Source: an uncultured Chthonomonadaceae bacterium
GTDB taxonomy: Bacteria > Armatimonadota > Chthonomonadetes > Chthonomonadales > CAJBBX01
Assembly: GCA_964519955.1 (NCBI GenBank)
Contig: CAZFLM010000021.1
Location: forward strand, 16,276-80,275
Reading direction: 5' to 3'
Length of the DNA: 64,000 bases
A model generated the notes under the pieces. That model searched no databases and was not told the origin of the DNA. It saw only the letters and a program-made list of their open reading frames with translations. The translations under genes and the position numbers were made by a program. This document shows, piece after piece, positions 8,351-16,793 of the stretch. How positions within the stretch are numbered: position 1 is the first letter of the stretch; each line of letters begins with the position of its first letter.

Positions 8351-9268
8351 GTGACCCCGGTCCTCATCTCCGACTCGCTCCGCGCCAAGGCCTCCAGCTT
8401 CCAGGGCGGCCTTGGCGCGGAGTGGCTGGAGCGCCTGCCGGGCATCATCGAGCGATGCCGCGAGCGGTGGGGCCTGACGCTGGGCGAGGGCTACAGCTAC
8501 CCGGCGCTCAGCTTCCTCGCCCGCTGCGACACGCGCGACGGCGCCCCGGCCGTACTCAAGGTCGGCTTCCTGCTCGACGAGCTGGCGTGCGAGATCGAGG
8601 CGCTGCGGCTCTGCGGCGGGCGCGGGATGGTTCGCTTGCTGGACGCGATGCCCGAACAGGGGGCACTGCTGCTGGAGCGCGCCGAGCCGGGCCGCGACCT
8701 CGCCGAGCTGCGCGACGACGAGCGCGCCACCCGGATCGCCGCCGCCGTGATGGCGCGCATCCACGCGCCCGCGCCCGCCGAGCACTCGTTCCCCACCGTT
8801 GCCCGCTGGTGCCGCGGCTTCGAGCGTTTGCGCGAGCACTTCCGCGGCGGCTCAGGCCCCTTTCCCCCGGAGCGCGTCGCCTGGGCCGAACGCCGCGCCG
8901 CGGAGCTGCTGGTCGACGCCCCCGCGCCCGTGCTCCTCCACGGCGACCTGCACCACTTCAACGTCGTCGGCGCGGAGCGGGAGCCCTGGCTCGCCATCGA
9001 CCCGAAGGGCGCGGTCGGCGACCCGGCTTACGAGCCCGCCGCGTTCCTCTGCAACGAGTGGGCGAACGCCGCCGACCCCGTCGCCCTTCAGACCCGGCGC
9101 ATACGCCAGTTCGCCGCCGAGACCGGCCTCGACGCCGCCCGAATCCTCGACTGGGCGCGAGTGCACTCCGTCCTCTCTGCCTGGTGGTGCATCGAGGACG
9201 GCGGCGAGCCCATCGAGGACGAGGTGCTGCGCCACATCGAGGTGCTGGCGGAGGTGCGCATTCCCTGA
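8351..9268 (+). CDS. Aminoglycoside/hydroxyurea-resistance kinase, APH(6)/StrB-like
   Basis: WLERLP N-terminus, AVLKV, LLLERA, HGDLHHFNV (Brenner motif), AIDPKG..GDPAYE. GTG start chosen. Confidence 0.85.
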   Translation: MTPVLISDSLRAKASSFQGGLGAEWLERLPGIIERCRERWGLTLGEGYSYPALSFLARCDTRDGAPAVLKVGFLLDELACEIEALRLCGGRGMVRLLDAMPEQGALLLERAEPGRDLAELRDDERATRIAAAVMARIHAPAPAEHSFPTVARWCRGFERLREHFRGGSGPFPPERVAWAERRAAELLVDAPAPVLLHGDLHHFNVVGAEREPWLAIDPKGAVGDPAYEPAAFLCNEWANAADPVALQTRRIRQFAAETGLDAARILDWARVHSVLSAWWCIEDGGEPIEDEVLRHIEVLAEVRIP

Positions 9269-9327
9269 CACCGCCGGCGCCCTGTCCTCCGTCTATCCTC
9301 TGACGCACCAGCGCCGGCCGTGAGGAG
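9263..9327 (+). promoter_or_regulatory. Duplicated upstream block, copy 1 (candidate ECF-sigma promoter)
   Basis: TGACAC-N18-CGTCTA; 31 bp (9280-9310) identical to 10822-10852; then gccggccgtgaggag containing the RBS. Confidence 0.6.
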
Positions 9328-9335
9328 GACTGCAG

Positions 9336-10796
9336 GTGACACCCCCCCATAGTCGCCCTGACAGCGTCGATCCTCAGGACCTGCGGGCTGCCGCATCGTC
9401 AGGCGACGCGCTGTGGGTGCTCAGGCTGCTCGCGGCCGGTGCAGCGCCAGACGACGACGCCCGCTGCGGCTTCACACCCCTGCGCGACTGCGTGCTTATG
9501 GCGTCGGTGTGGGAGCCGGAGGACGCGCCTGATACGCCGCCCGCTCTGGTGGACGACTGGGCATCGCCGGAGGAGCGCAAGACCGCGCGGCGGGAGTCGA
9601 GGGCACGGTACCGCGCGCAGTGCGATGCCCATCGCCGCCGTGTAGACGCAGGCGCGTTCTGCCTTCCCGACGACACTCGCCACTACGAGACCGCCCGCTT
9701 GCTGATCGATGCCGGAGCGGACGTGAACGCCGTGGACGGCGAAGGCGACCCTGTGCTCGCGATCGCGGCTAGCGGATCGGCTCGCATGGTGGGCCTGCTG
9801 CTCGATCGCGGCGCCTGCATCGACGCACCGGGCCAGGTCGGCTGGAGCCCACTGATGAACGCGGCGCTGGCCTGCAACACACCGGTCGTGCGGCTCCTCC
9901 TCGACCGCGGCGCCGACCCTCACTGGCGAAGTGCTGACGGCGAGCGCCCCATCATGGCTGCGGCCTACGGAGGAAGCCGGCGCGTCGTCTCCATGCTTCT
10001 GGAATGCGGGGTGGACGTGAACGCGGCGGCGGAGACAGGTACTACCGCGCTCCTGGCGGCGCTGATGCAGGGCTATGAGGACATCGCGCAGCAACTGGAG
10101 GCTGTCGGGGCCGTTCGGGGCTACCTGGAGTCCCTCGTCGCTGGCGACACGCAGCGCGCGGATGAGCTTGCCCCGTCCTTGCCTGCGGGCCGGCACTCGA
10201 CGTGGGGCGCGGACGCGATGGAGTGGGCCATCCGCAGCAGTCGGGTCGACGTCGTCCGACGTCTTCTCTCGGCAGGCGCGGACCCGAACTCCGGCCTGCC
10301 ATTCGGCTGGAAGTACCTGACCTCGGCAGTCAATGACGGCGAAGTCGCGATCGTCGAGGCGCTGCTGGACGCGGGAGCCGATCCGAACTTGGACCGGGGC
10401 ACGGCGTCCTACCCCTTGGGTGAAGCCGTCGGGTCTGGGGACGCGACGTTGCTCGCACTGCTGCTCACGCGCGGTGCGGACCCGGAGAGCGTGGACGATG
10501 CCGCGCGCACGCCTCTCATGCAGGCCGCAATGTGGGGCGCCACCGCCGCCGCTGCCGTTCTCCTCGACGCGGGTGCGGCCCTGAACCACTGCACGGATAG
10601 GGGATCGCCGCTCTACGAGGCCGTGATGGCGAGGCAGTACGATATGGTGGGTTGGCTCCTTGCCCACGGCGCTCTACCCCGCATCGGCCTGGCCGGCTGG
10701 CCAATCACCGGGCTGCCCGAGGTGCAGGAGGACGCGCGGATGTTCTCCACCATTCGTGAGGCGATGGCGACGCGCCGTAGCTCCGAGCCTGACTAG
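9336..10796 (+). CDS. Ankyrin-repeat protein (paralog 1)
   Basis: Many G.TPL..AA / LL..GAD.N repeats; no signal peptide. Confidence 0.92.
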   Translation: MTPPHSRPDSVDPQDLRAAASSGDALWVLRLLAAGAAPDDDARCGFTPLRDCVLMASVWEPEDAPDTPPALVDDWASPEERKTARRESRARYRAQCDAHRRRVDAGAFCLPDDTRHYETARLLIDAGADVNAVDGEGDPVLAIAASGSARMVGLLLDRGACIDAPGQVGWSPLMNAALACNTPVVRLLLDRGADPHWRSADGERPIMAAAYGGSRRVVSMLLECGVDVNAAAETGTTALLAALMQGYEDIAQQLEAVGAVRGYLESLVAGDTQRADELAPSLPAGRHSTWGADAMEWAIRSSRVDVVRRLLSAGADPNSGLPFGWKYLTSAVNDGEVAIVEALLDAGADPNLDRGTASYPLGEAVGSGDATLLALLLTRGADPESVDDAARTPLMQAAMWGATAAAAVLLDAGAALNHCTDRGSPLYEAVMARQYDMVGWLLAHGALPRIGLAGWPITGLPEVQEDARMFSTIREAMATRRSSEPD

Positions 10797-10804
10797 CCCA
10801 CACT

Positions 10805-10869
10805 CCCTGACGCCGGCGACTCCCTGTCCTCCGTCTATCCTCTGACGCACCACAGCCGGCCGTGAGGAG
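10805..10869 (+). promoter_or_regulatory. Duplicated upstream block, copy 2 (candidate ECF-sigma promoter)
   Basis: TGACGC-N18-CGTCTA; same 31-bp core and RBS segment as copy 1. Confidence 0.6.
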
Positions 10870-10877
10870 TGCATCCC

Positions 10878-13460
10878 ATGCCTGAGATCGATCCCCCGAT
10901 GGACGAGCTGCCGGACCTGCCGGGAGGTCTCTTCGGCGAGCCGGCGAGTGACGACGAGCGCCTGGCCGAGGCGGTGATCGAAGGCAAGCTGGACGAGGTC
11001 CGCAGGCTCCTCGACGCGGGCGCTGACCCGAACGCCAACCGCAAGTTCCTCGGGCCGCCTCTCTCGATCTGCGCAAGCGGGCCGGCGCATGCGCCGATTG
11101 ATCGCATGCTGCGCAGGCCCGGCCGCATCCCGGGCTTCCCGCCGCCTGGTAGTTCGCCGGAAGAGGGCCTGAAGGCGATGAGCAAGCTCCTCCAGTCGCA
11201 CACGCCGCAGCAGATGCAGGGGAACCGCCGCAGGGCGCGCGACAAGGCGAGGCGCAGCGCGGACCTCGGGCGCAAGAGGCCGCCGGACGAGACGCGCCAT
11301 CTGGAGGTCGCGAAGCTCCTGCTGGAACGCGGCGCGAACGTGGCCGCACGCGGCGAGATCGAGGGACAGACGGCCCTGCACGATGCGGCCCGGAGCGGGT
11401 GTGCGCGCATGACGGCGCTGCTCCTCGACCATGGCGCCGACATCGAGGCGGAGGACAAGAGCGGCAAGACGCCGCTGATGCTCGCCACCGAGGAGTGCAA
11501 GATCCACGTCGTGCGAGTGCTGCTGGAGCGAGGCGCGGACGCGATCAGACGCGGAACAGACGGCCACGCCCCCATGCACTCGGCCGCATTGGGAGGCAGC
11601 AAGCGCATCCTGGCCATGCTCATCGAGCGCGGCGCCGACGTGAACGCTGCCACGGATGCCGGCACGACACCGCTGCTGATCGCCCAGATGCGGCAGTATC
11701 CCGACATTGTGAAGCTTCTGGAGCGTGCCGGGGCGCGCGTGGGCTATCTGGAGGCGGTGGTGCGTGACGACAGCGCACTGGCCGACGAGTTGGAGCGCGG
11801 GTTGCCCACGGACCGACATCCGAGTTGGGGCTCACCCGTCCTGGAGTGGGGCATCCGCCAGGGCCGCGTGGACATCCTGAAACGTGTGCTCGGCGTCGGC
11901 GTGTCGGCGAACGGGCTGACCTCGAACAAGAACAGCACCCCGCTCATGCTGGCCGCGATGCATGGGTCGCCGGACGTGGTGCGGGCGCTGCTCGAGGCCG
12001 GCGCCGACCCAAACGCGACGAGGGCCCGCGGGTTCATGCCGCTGACGTGGGCGGCCCGACGAGGCGACTCGGACACGGCCCAGCTCCTGCTGCAGCATGG
12101 CGCGGATCCGAACACCCCCGGATGCAACGTGGGTGGCGCCTTGCAGGGAGCCGCGTCGTCCGGCAGCATCGAGATCGTGCGGATGCTGCTCGACGCCGGC
12201 GCCAGTCCGGTTAGGGAGCACGACGGGTTGTCACCGGCCGTGTCGACGCTGATGATGGGCCACCACGAGATTCTGAAGCTCCTCTTCGAGCACGGCGCCG
12301 ACCCGCGCACTGCGTGCCACGGAAAGGTACCCATCGACGTGCTGCCGCGAGCCCTCGGTGATGCGCGCATGAAGGCCATCATCCAGGAAGCAGCGGGCAC
12401 CGACCTGCACGAGGCGGCGGCCGCCGGAGACGTCGAGCGCCTCCGATCCTTGCTCGCGGCCGGCCGCACCCCGGAGGCGCGCGACACGAAGGGACGGACT
12501 GCGCTCATTGCCGCGGTCGAGGCCGAGCAGAGGAGCGCGGCCGAGTTCCTTCTGGACCATGGCGCGGATGTGAATGGCCGGAGCGAGCACGGCCGAACTC
12601 CGCTGTCGGTGGCGGTCCGGGGCAACCAGATCGCGATCGCTAAGCTGCTGCTCGACCGCGGCGCCGACCCGGACCTGCCCGACCAGACATGCCAGACTCC
12701 GCTCGTAACCGCCGCGCTGTCGATGGTCGATGGGCGCCGCGAGTTCGTGGATCTACTGCGTTCACGGGGCGGCGTGGTTGGGATCGTGGAAGCGGCGGCG
12801 CTCGGTGACACCGACGAGGTGCTGCGCATGATCGACGCGGGCACACCCGCCGATACTCGCGTGCCCACGGGGCCGAGCGCCCTCTGCGCCGCCGCAGCCA
12901 CCGGCAACGACGCCCTCGTGGCGGCGCTTCTGGACCGCGGCGCGGACATCAACCTGCAGATCTGGTGGGGCCAGTGTGCGCTGAGTCAGGCGTCCGGACG
13001 CGGGCACCTGTCTACGGTCGCACTGCTGCTCGATCGCGGCGCCAACCCGAACGTCGAGGCGAAGTCCTGCAGCATGACGCCGCTCGGCTCCGCCGTCGTG
13101 ACCGGGCAGGCGGACATTGTGCGGTTGCTTGTGCAGCGCGGCGCTCGGATCGACATGGCGGACACCATGGGCCACACGATCGCGCACGAGGCGGCGATGA
13201 GCAAAGAGGGGGTCGCGATGGTGGGCCTCCTTGCGGAACTGGGGGCCAAGATGAGCGGCCACACTAAGGCCGGACTGACGCCCCTCATGATGGCCGCGAT
13301 GCTCAACCGCGTCGACGTGGTGAGAGCCTTCGTGGAGCACGGAGCCGATCCGAACGTGCGCGACCGCACGGGCAGCACGGCCCTCACCCACGCAGAGCGC
13401 ATGGCCAGAGGCCCTGAGGCGGCGGCTTACCTCAGGAAGGTCACCAAGAAGTCGAAGTAG
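10878..13460 (+). CDS. Ankyrin-repeat protein (paralog 2, 860 aa)
   Basis: GAGGAG RBS 8 nt before the ATG; long array of ANK repeats (GQTALHDAA, GKTPLMLA, GRTPLSVA, GLTPLMMAA). Confidence 0.93.
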   Translation: MPEIDPPMDELPDLPGGLFGEPASDDERLAEAVIEGKLDEVRRLLDAGADPNANRKFLGPPLSICASGPAHAPIDRMLRRPGRIPGFPPPGSSPEEGLKAMSKLLQSHTPQQMQGNRRRARDKARRSADLGRKRPPDETRHLEVAKLLLERGANVAARGEIEGQTALHDAARSGCARMTALLLDHGADIEAEDKSGKTPLMLATEECKIHVVRVLLERGADAIRRGTDGHAPMHSAALGGSKRILAMLIERGADVNAATDAGTTPLLIAQMRQYPDIVKLLERAGARVGYLEAVVRDDSALADELERGLPTDRHPSWGSPVLEWGIRQGRVDILKRVLGVGVSANGLTSNKNSTPLMLAAMHGSPDVVRALLEAGADPNATRARGFMPLTWAARRGDSDTAQLLLQHGADPNTPGCNVGGALQGAASSGSIEIVRMLLDAGASPVREHDGLSPAVSTLMMGHHEILKLLFEHGADPRTACHGKVPIDVLPRALGDARMKAIIQEAAGTDLHEAAAAGDVERLRSLLAAGRTPEARDTKGRTALIAAVEAEQRSAAEFLLDHGADVNGRSEHGRTPLSVAVRGNQIAIAKLLLDRGADPDLPDQTCQTPLVTAALSMVDGRREFVDLLRSRGGVVGIVEAAALGDTDEVLRMIDAGTPADTRVPTGPSALCAAAATGNDALVAALLDRGADINLQIWWGQCALSQASGRGHLSTVALLLDRGANPNVEAKSCSMTPLGSAVVTGQADIVRLLVQRGARIDMADTMGHTIAHEAAMSKEGVAMVGLLAELGAKMSGHTKAGLTPLMMAAMLNRVDVVRAFVEHGADPNVRDRTGSTALTHAERMARGPEAAAYLRKVTKKSK

Positions 13461-13468
13461 GAGGCCCC

Positions 13469-14191
13469 ATGCACAACCTCACCCAGACCTCGCGCGAGCG
13501 GGTCGACAGCTACCTCAGCATGCTGCGCGCTAACCTGGAGGACGCGCCCGCCGATACGCGGGATGCCTTCCTGGCGCGCGTCCGGGCTGAGATCGAGATC
13601 GATGTCGAGCTGGACCGGACTGGGGCGCACGAGGCCGATGTCGTGGAGGCAGCCATCCGCCGCCACGGCGACCCGGCCACCTGCGCCGCGCGGCTGCACG
13701 CCCAGGTCGCGCCGGCGAAGGAGGAGCAGGCTGCGCCGGTGGTTGCCGAGACCGTGGATGCCGCGCTGAAGCCCTGCCGCGCGTGCAAGAACCCCGTGTC
13801 CCACGATGCGCGCATGTGCCCGAAGTGCGGCGCCCCGTTCCCCGCCCGCAACGTGGCCAACATGTACGGCTACGAGTGGAAGTCGAAGGCGACGTGGCGC
13901 GGCTGGCCGCTGGTCCACGTGGCGTTCGGGCGCGACAAGGACGGCAAGCTGCGCGTCGCCAAGGGGGTGATCGCGATCGGCCAGTTCGGCATCGGCGGCA
14001 TCACGATCGCGCAGTTCGGCATCGGGGCGGTGTTCGGCCTGGGGCAGTTCGTGCTGGCGCCCATCGCCATCGGCCAGTTCGCGGGCGGCCTCGTCGCCAT
14101 CGGCCAGTTCGGCTTCGGCGTGCTGCACGGCGTCGGCATGCTCGCCACGGACATCTTCCGGGGGATCCACTGGATCGGGAAGCCGAGGTAG
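13469..14191 (+). CDS. Membrane protein: HAAS-like N-terminal helical domain, zinc ribbon, Gly-rich membrane domain
   Basis: YLSMLRANL...RRHGDP...A (HAAS/DUF1700-like); CRAC..CPKC; YEWKSK..W.GWPLVHV...AKGVIAIGQFGIG repeats. Confidence 0.7.
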   Translation: MHNLTQTSRERVDSYLSMLRANLEDAPADTRDAFLARVRAEIEIDVELDRTGAHEADVVEAAIRRHGDPATCAARLHAQVAPAKEEQAAPVVAETVDAALKPCRACKNPVSHDARMCPKCGAPFPARNVANMYGYEWKSKATWRGWPLVHVAFGRDKDGKLRVAKGVIAIGQFGIGGITIAQFGIGAVFGLGQFVLAPIAIGQFAGGLVAIGQFGFGVLHGVGMLATDIFRGIHWIGKPR

Positions 14192-14227
14192 GGGCAGGAA
14201 GGTGGGCACATGTCCGCCGGGAGGGTA

Positions 14228-14440
14228 CTACGCCGACGGGGCGGCATAGGCCAGCGCCGCCCGCACGGCCTGCTCGGTGAGGCGTGGGTGGGCCGCAAGC
14301 AACTGCTCGACCGTCTCGCCAGCGCCGAGCCGCTCCAGTATCCCCTCGACAGTGATCCGGGTGCCCGCCACGACCGGCTTGCCGAGCATCACGTCCGGGT
14401 CTGATGTGATCAGGCCTTGCTCCACCTCGCACCTCGTCAT
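14228..14440 (-). CDS. DUF433 family protein (orphan antitoxin-like); alternative GTG start at 14425
   Basis: ITSDPDVMLGKPVVAGTRITVEGILERLGAGET...HPRLT...VRAALAYAA. Confidence 0.88.
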   Translation of the reverse strand: MTRCEVEQGLITSDPDVMLGKPVVAGTRITVEGILERLGAGETVEQLLAAHPRLTEQAVRAALAYAAPSA

Positions 14441-14574
14441 GTGACCGTCTGCAGCCATTGTACAGCGACCGCGCGCCATCACGCTACGGCCGTGCTACGC
14501 CCACCCCCGAGGAATAGCGGCCCGCCGCGGTGAAGCACACTCCCGACTCTCACTGCCCGCCGGAGGACCCTGCC

Positions 14575-16758
14575 ATGCCCGCCATTGCCGCGTTCCTGCT
14601 CGCGCTCGCCTGCCTGTTCGCACTGCCCAGCCCGCCCGCGCACGCCCAGGCCCAGGGCCAAGTGCGCATCCGCCGGTTCGACGCCGACGTGCCACTGCCC
14701 CGCGTGGGCCAGAAGGTCACGTTCCGTGCCGACGTGGAGAACACCGGCAAGACGCCGGTTCGCGTCGCCGCGAAGCTGAGCGTGCCCAGTGGTGCGCGGA
14801 TCGGGAAGAGCCCGTCCGGCCCGGCGCAGGTGGCCGGCGGCGAGGAGGCGGCCATCGAGTGGGTGGTGGTGGCGGACGAGGCGCTGGAGGGCGACTTCGC
14901 CGTGGAGGTGAGCGCGGACGCTGGCCAACCCCAGCGCGCGGGCTTCAAGATGACCGTGCTGCCGAAGCGCGCTCCCGAGAAGCCGGCGTACATCCCCGAG
15001 CCGAAGCCCGCCAAGACGACCATGCTCGTCGGCGCGCACAACTGCCCGCTGTGGGTCGCCGACCGGCCGGAGATGTGGACCAACATCCTGAAGCACCCGG
15101 AGCGCCTACCCGCTCTCGGCTACTACGACCAGGCGAACCCGGAGGTGGCGGACTGGGAGACGAAGTGGTGCGCGGAGCACGGCGTCAACTTCTTCATCTA
15201 CTGCTGGTACCGCACGAGCCAGGGCGAGCCGGTGAAGCAGATGTTCGGCTCCGCCATCGACTCGCTGCTGAAGTCGAAGTATCGCGACAAGATGAAGTTC
15301 ACCATCATGTGGGAGAACCAGGTGCGGGGCAAGGCCGGCGTCGCGGACGAGCATGACCTGATGGCGAACCTGCTGCCCTTCTGGATGGAGAACTACTTCA
15401 AGAAGCCGAGCTACCTGAAGGTCGACAACAAGCCGGTGCTCTTCATCTACCGCCCCGAGTTTCTGGTGGACGACCTGGGCGGCGTCGAGAAGGTGCGCCA
15501 GGCGTTCGACAAGATGCGCCAGGCCGCGAAGGACGCCGGGTTCGACGGGCTGTATCTTCTCGGCGAGTATCGCGGGCTCGATCCGAACCAGTTCAAGCTG
15601 ATGAAGCAGCTCGGCCTCGACTACACCTTCGCCTACTGCTGGTACGTGCCGAACAACCCGACGCCCGCGCAGTCCATCGAGGCGCAGATGGGCTACATCA
15701 AGAAGACGCAGGAGATCGCGGGCATCCCGCAGGTGGTGACGGTATCGCAGGCCTGGAGCGGGTGGGCGGACGAGGGGACCATCTGGAAGATCCCGCCGCG
15801 CGACTTCGAGACGCTGCTGACCCAGGCGCGCGACTTCGCCACCACGCTCCCGAAGGACCAGCTCGGCAGCCGAATGCTGCTCCTCGACAACTGGAACGAG
15901 TGGGGCGAGGGCCACTACCTGGCACCCTACCGCGAGTACGGCTTCGGCTACCTCGACGCGGTGCGCAAGGTGTTCGCGCCGAACTCGCCGGAGCCGGTCG
16001 ACCTGCTGCCCGCGGACATCGGCATGGGCCCGTACGACACCGCGTTCCATCAGCACCAGGCGCGCGAGGAGCGACTGCGGACGATCGGCAGCCAGAAGGT
16101 GACGAAGCCCGGCGCCAACGAGCCCGGCCTCATCGCCTGGTGGGCGTTCGACGAGCCGGCGGACAGCCCGGTGGCGCTGGACTACTCCGGCAACCGCATC
16201 GGCGCGGAGGTGCGCAAGGCGACGCGCGCGGCGGGCATCGACGGTAGGGCGCTGGTGTGCGACGGAGGCTGCGCCGTGGTGGCCAGCCGCTCGCAGCTCT
16301 CGCCGACCGACGGCGTCAGCATCGAGTGCTGGGTGAAGACGAACGAGGCAGGCCAGGGCAACACGTGGATGGTGAACCGCGTCTACTCCGGCGGCACCGA
16401 CACGGGCTACCGCCTCGGCATCGTGGGCGGCAAGCCCTGCTTCGAGGTGCCTCTGACCGAGTTCAGCCACCACCTGATGGCGGACATCGACCTGGCGACG
16501 GGCCGGTGGGTCCACATCGTGGGCACGTTCGATGGCAAGAGGGAGCGTATCTACGTCGACGGGGAACCGCACGGTGCGATGGATCGTCCTGGCCCCGTGA
16601 AGCCCAGCACGTTCAAGGTGACGCTGGGCAACTACGAAGAGAACCACGCCGCCTACTTCCGCGGCCTGCTGGACGAGGTGAAGCTCTACGATCGCGCCCT
16701 CACGCCGGATGAGGTCAAGGCGCACTACAAGGCGCTGGCGGGGCGGGCGGGGAAGTAG
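14575..16758 (+). CDS. Secreted GH99-like/WbsX-type glycoside hydrolase with C-terminal LamG domain
   Basis: Signal peptide; PALGYYD, GVNFFIYCWY, YLKVDNKPV, DNWNEWGEGHY.P; LamG HIVGTFDG..YVDG..LDEVKLYDRALT. Confidence 0.85.
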   Translation: MPAIAAFLLALACLFALPSPPAHAQAQGQVRIRRFDADVPLPRVGQKVTFRADVENTGKTPVRVAAKLSVPSGARIGKSPSGPAQVAGGEEAAIEWVVVADEALEGDFAVEVSADAGQPQRAGFKMTVLPKRAPEKPAYIPEPKPAKTTMLVGAHNCPLWVADRPEMWTNILKHPERLPALGYYDQANPEVADWETKWCAEHGVNFFIYCWYRTSQGEPVKQMFGSAIDSLLKSKYRDKMKFTIMWENQVRGKAGVADEHDLMANLLPFWMENYFKKPSYLKVDNKPVLFIYRPEFLVDDLGGVEKVRQAFDKMRQAAKDAGFDGLYLLGEYRGLDPNQFKLMKQLGLDYTFAYCWYVPNNPTPAQSIEAQMGYIKKTQEIAGIPQVVTVSQAWSGWADEGTIWKIPPRDFETLLTQARDFATTLPKDQLGSRMLLLDNWNEWGEGHYLAPYREYGFGYLDAVRKVFAPNSPEPVDLLPADIGMGPYDTAFHQHQAREERLRTIGSQKVTKPGANEPGLIAWWAFDEPADSPVALDYSGNRIGAEVRKATRAAGIDGRALVCDGGCAVVASRSQLSPTDGVSIECWVKTNEAGQGNTWMVNRVYSGGTDTGYRLGIVGGKPCFEVPLTEFSHHLMADIDLATGRWVHIVGTFDGKRERIYVDGEPHGAMDRPGPVKPSTFKVTLGNYEENHAAYFRGLLDEVKLYDRALTPDEVKAHYKALAGRAGK

Positions 16759-16793
16759 GCTCCAAAGCGAGCCAACCAGGAGAGATCAACACG

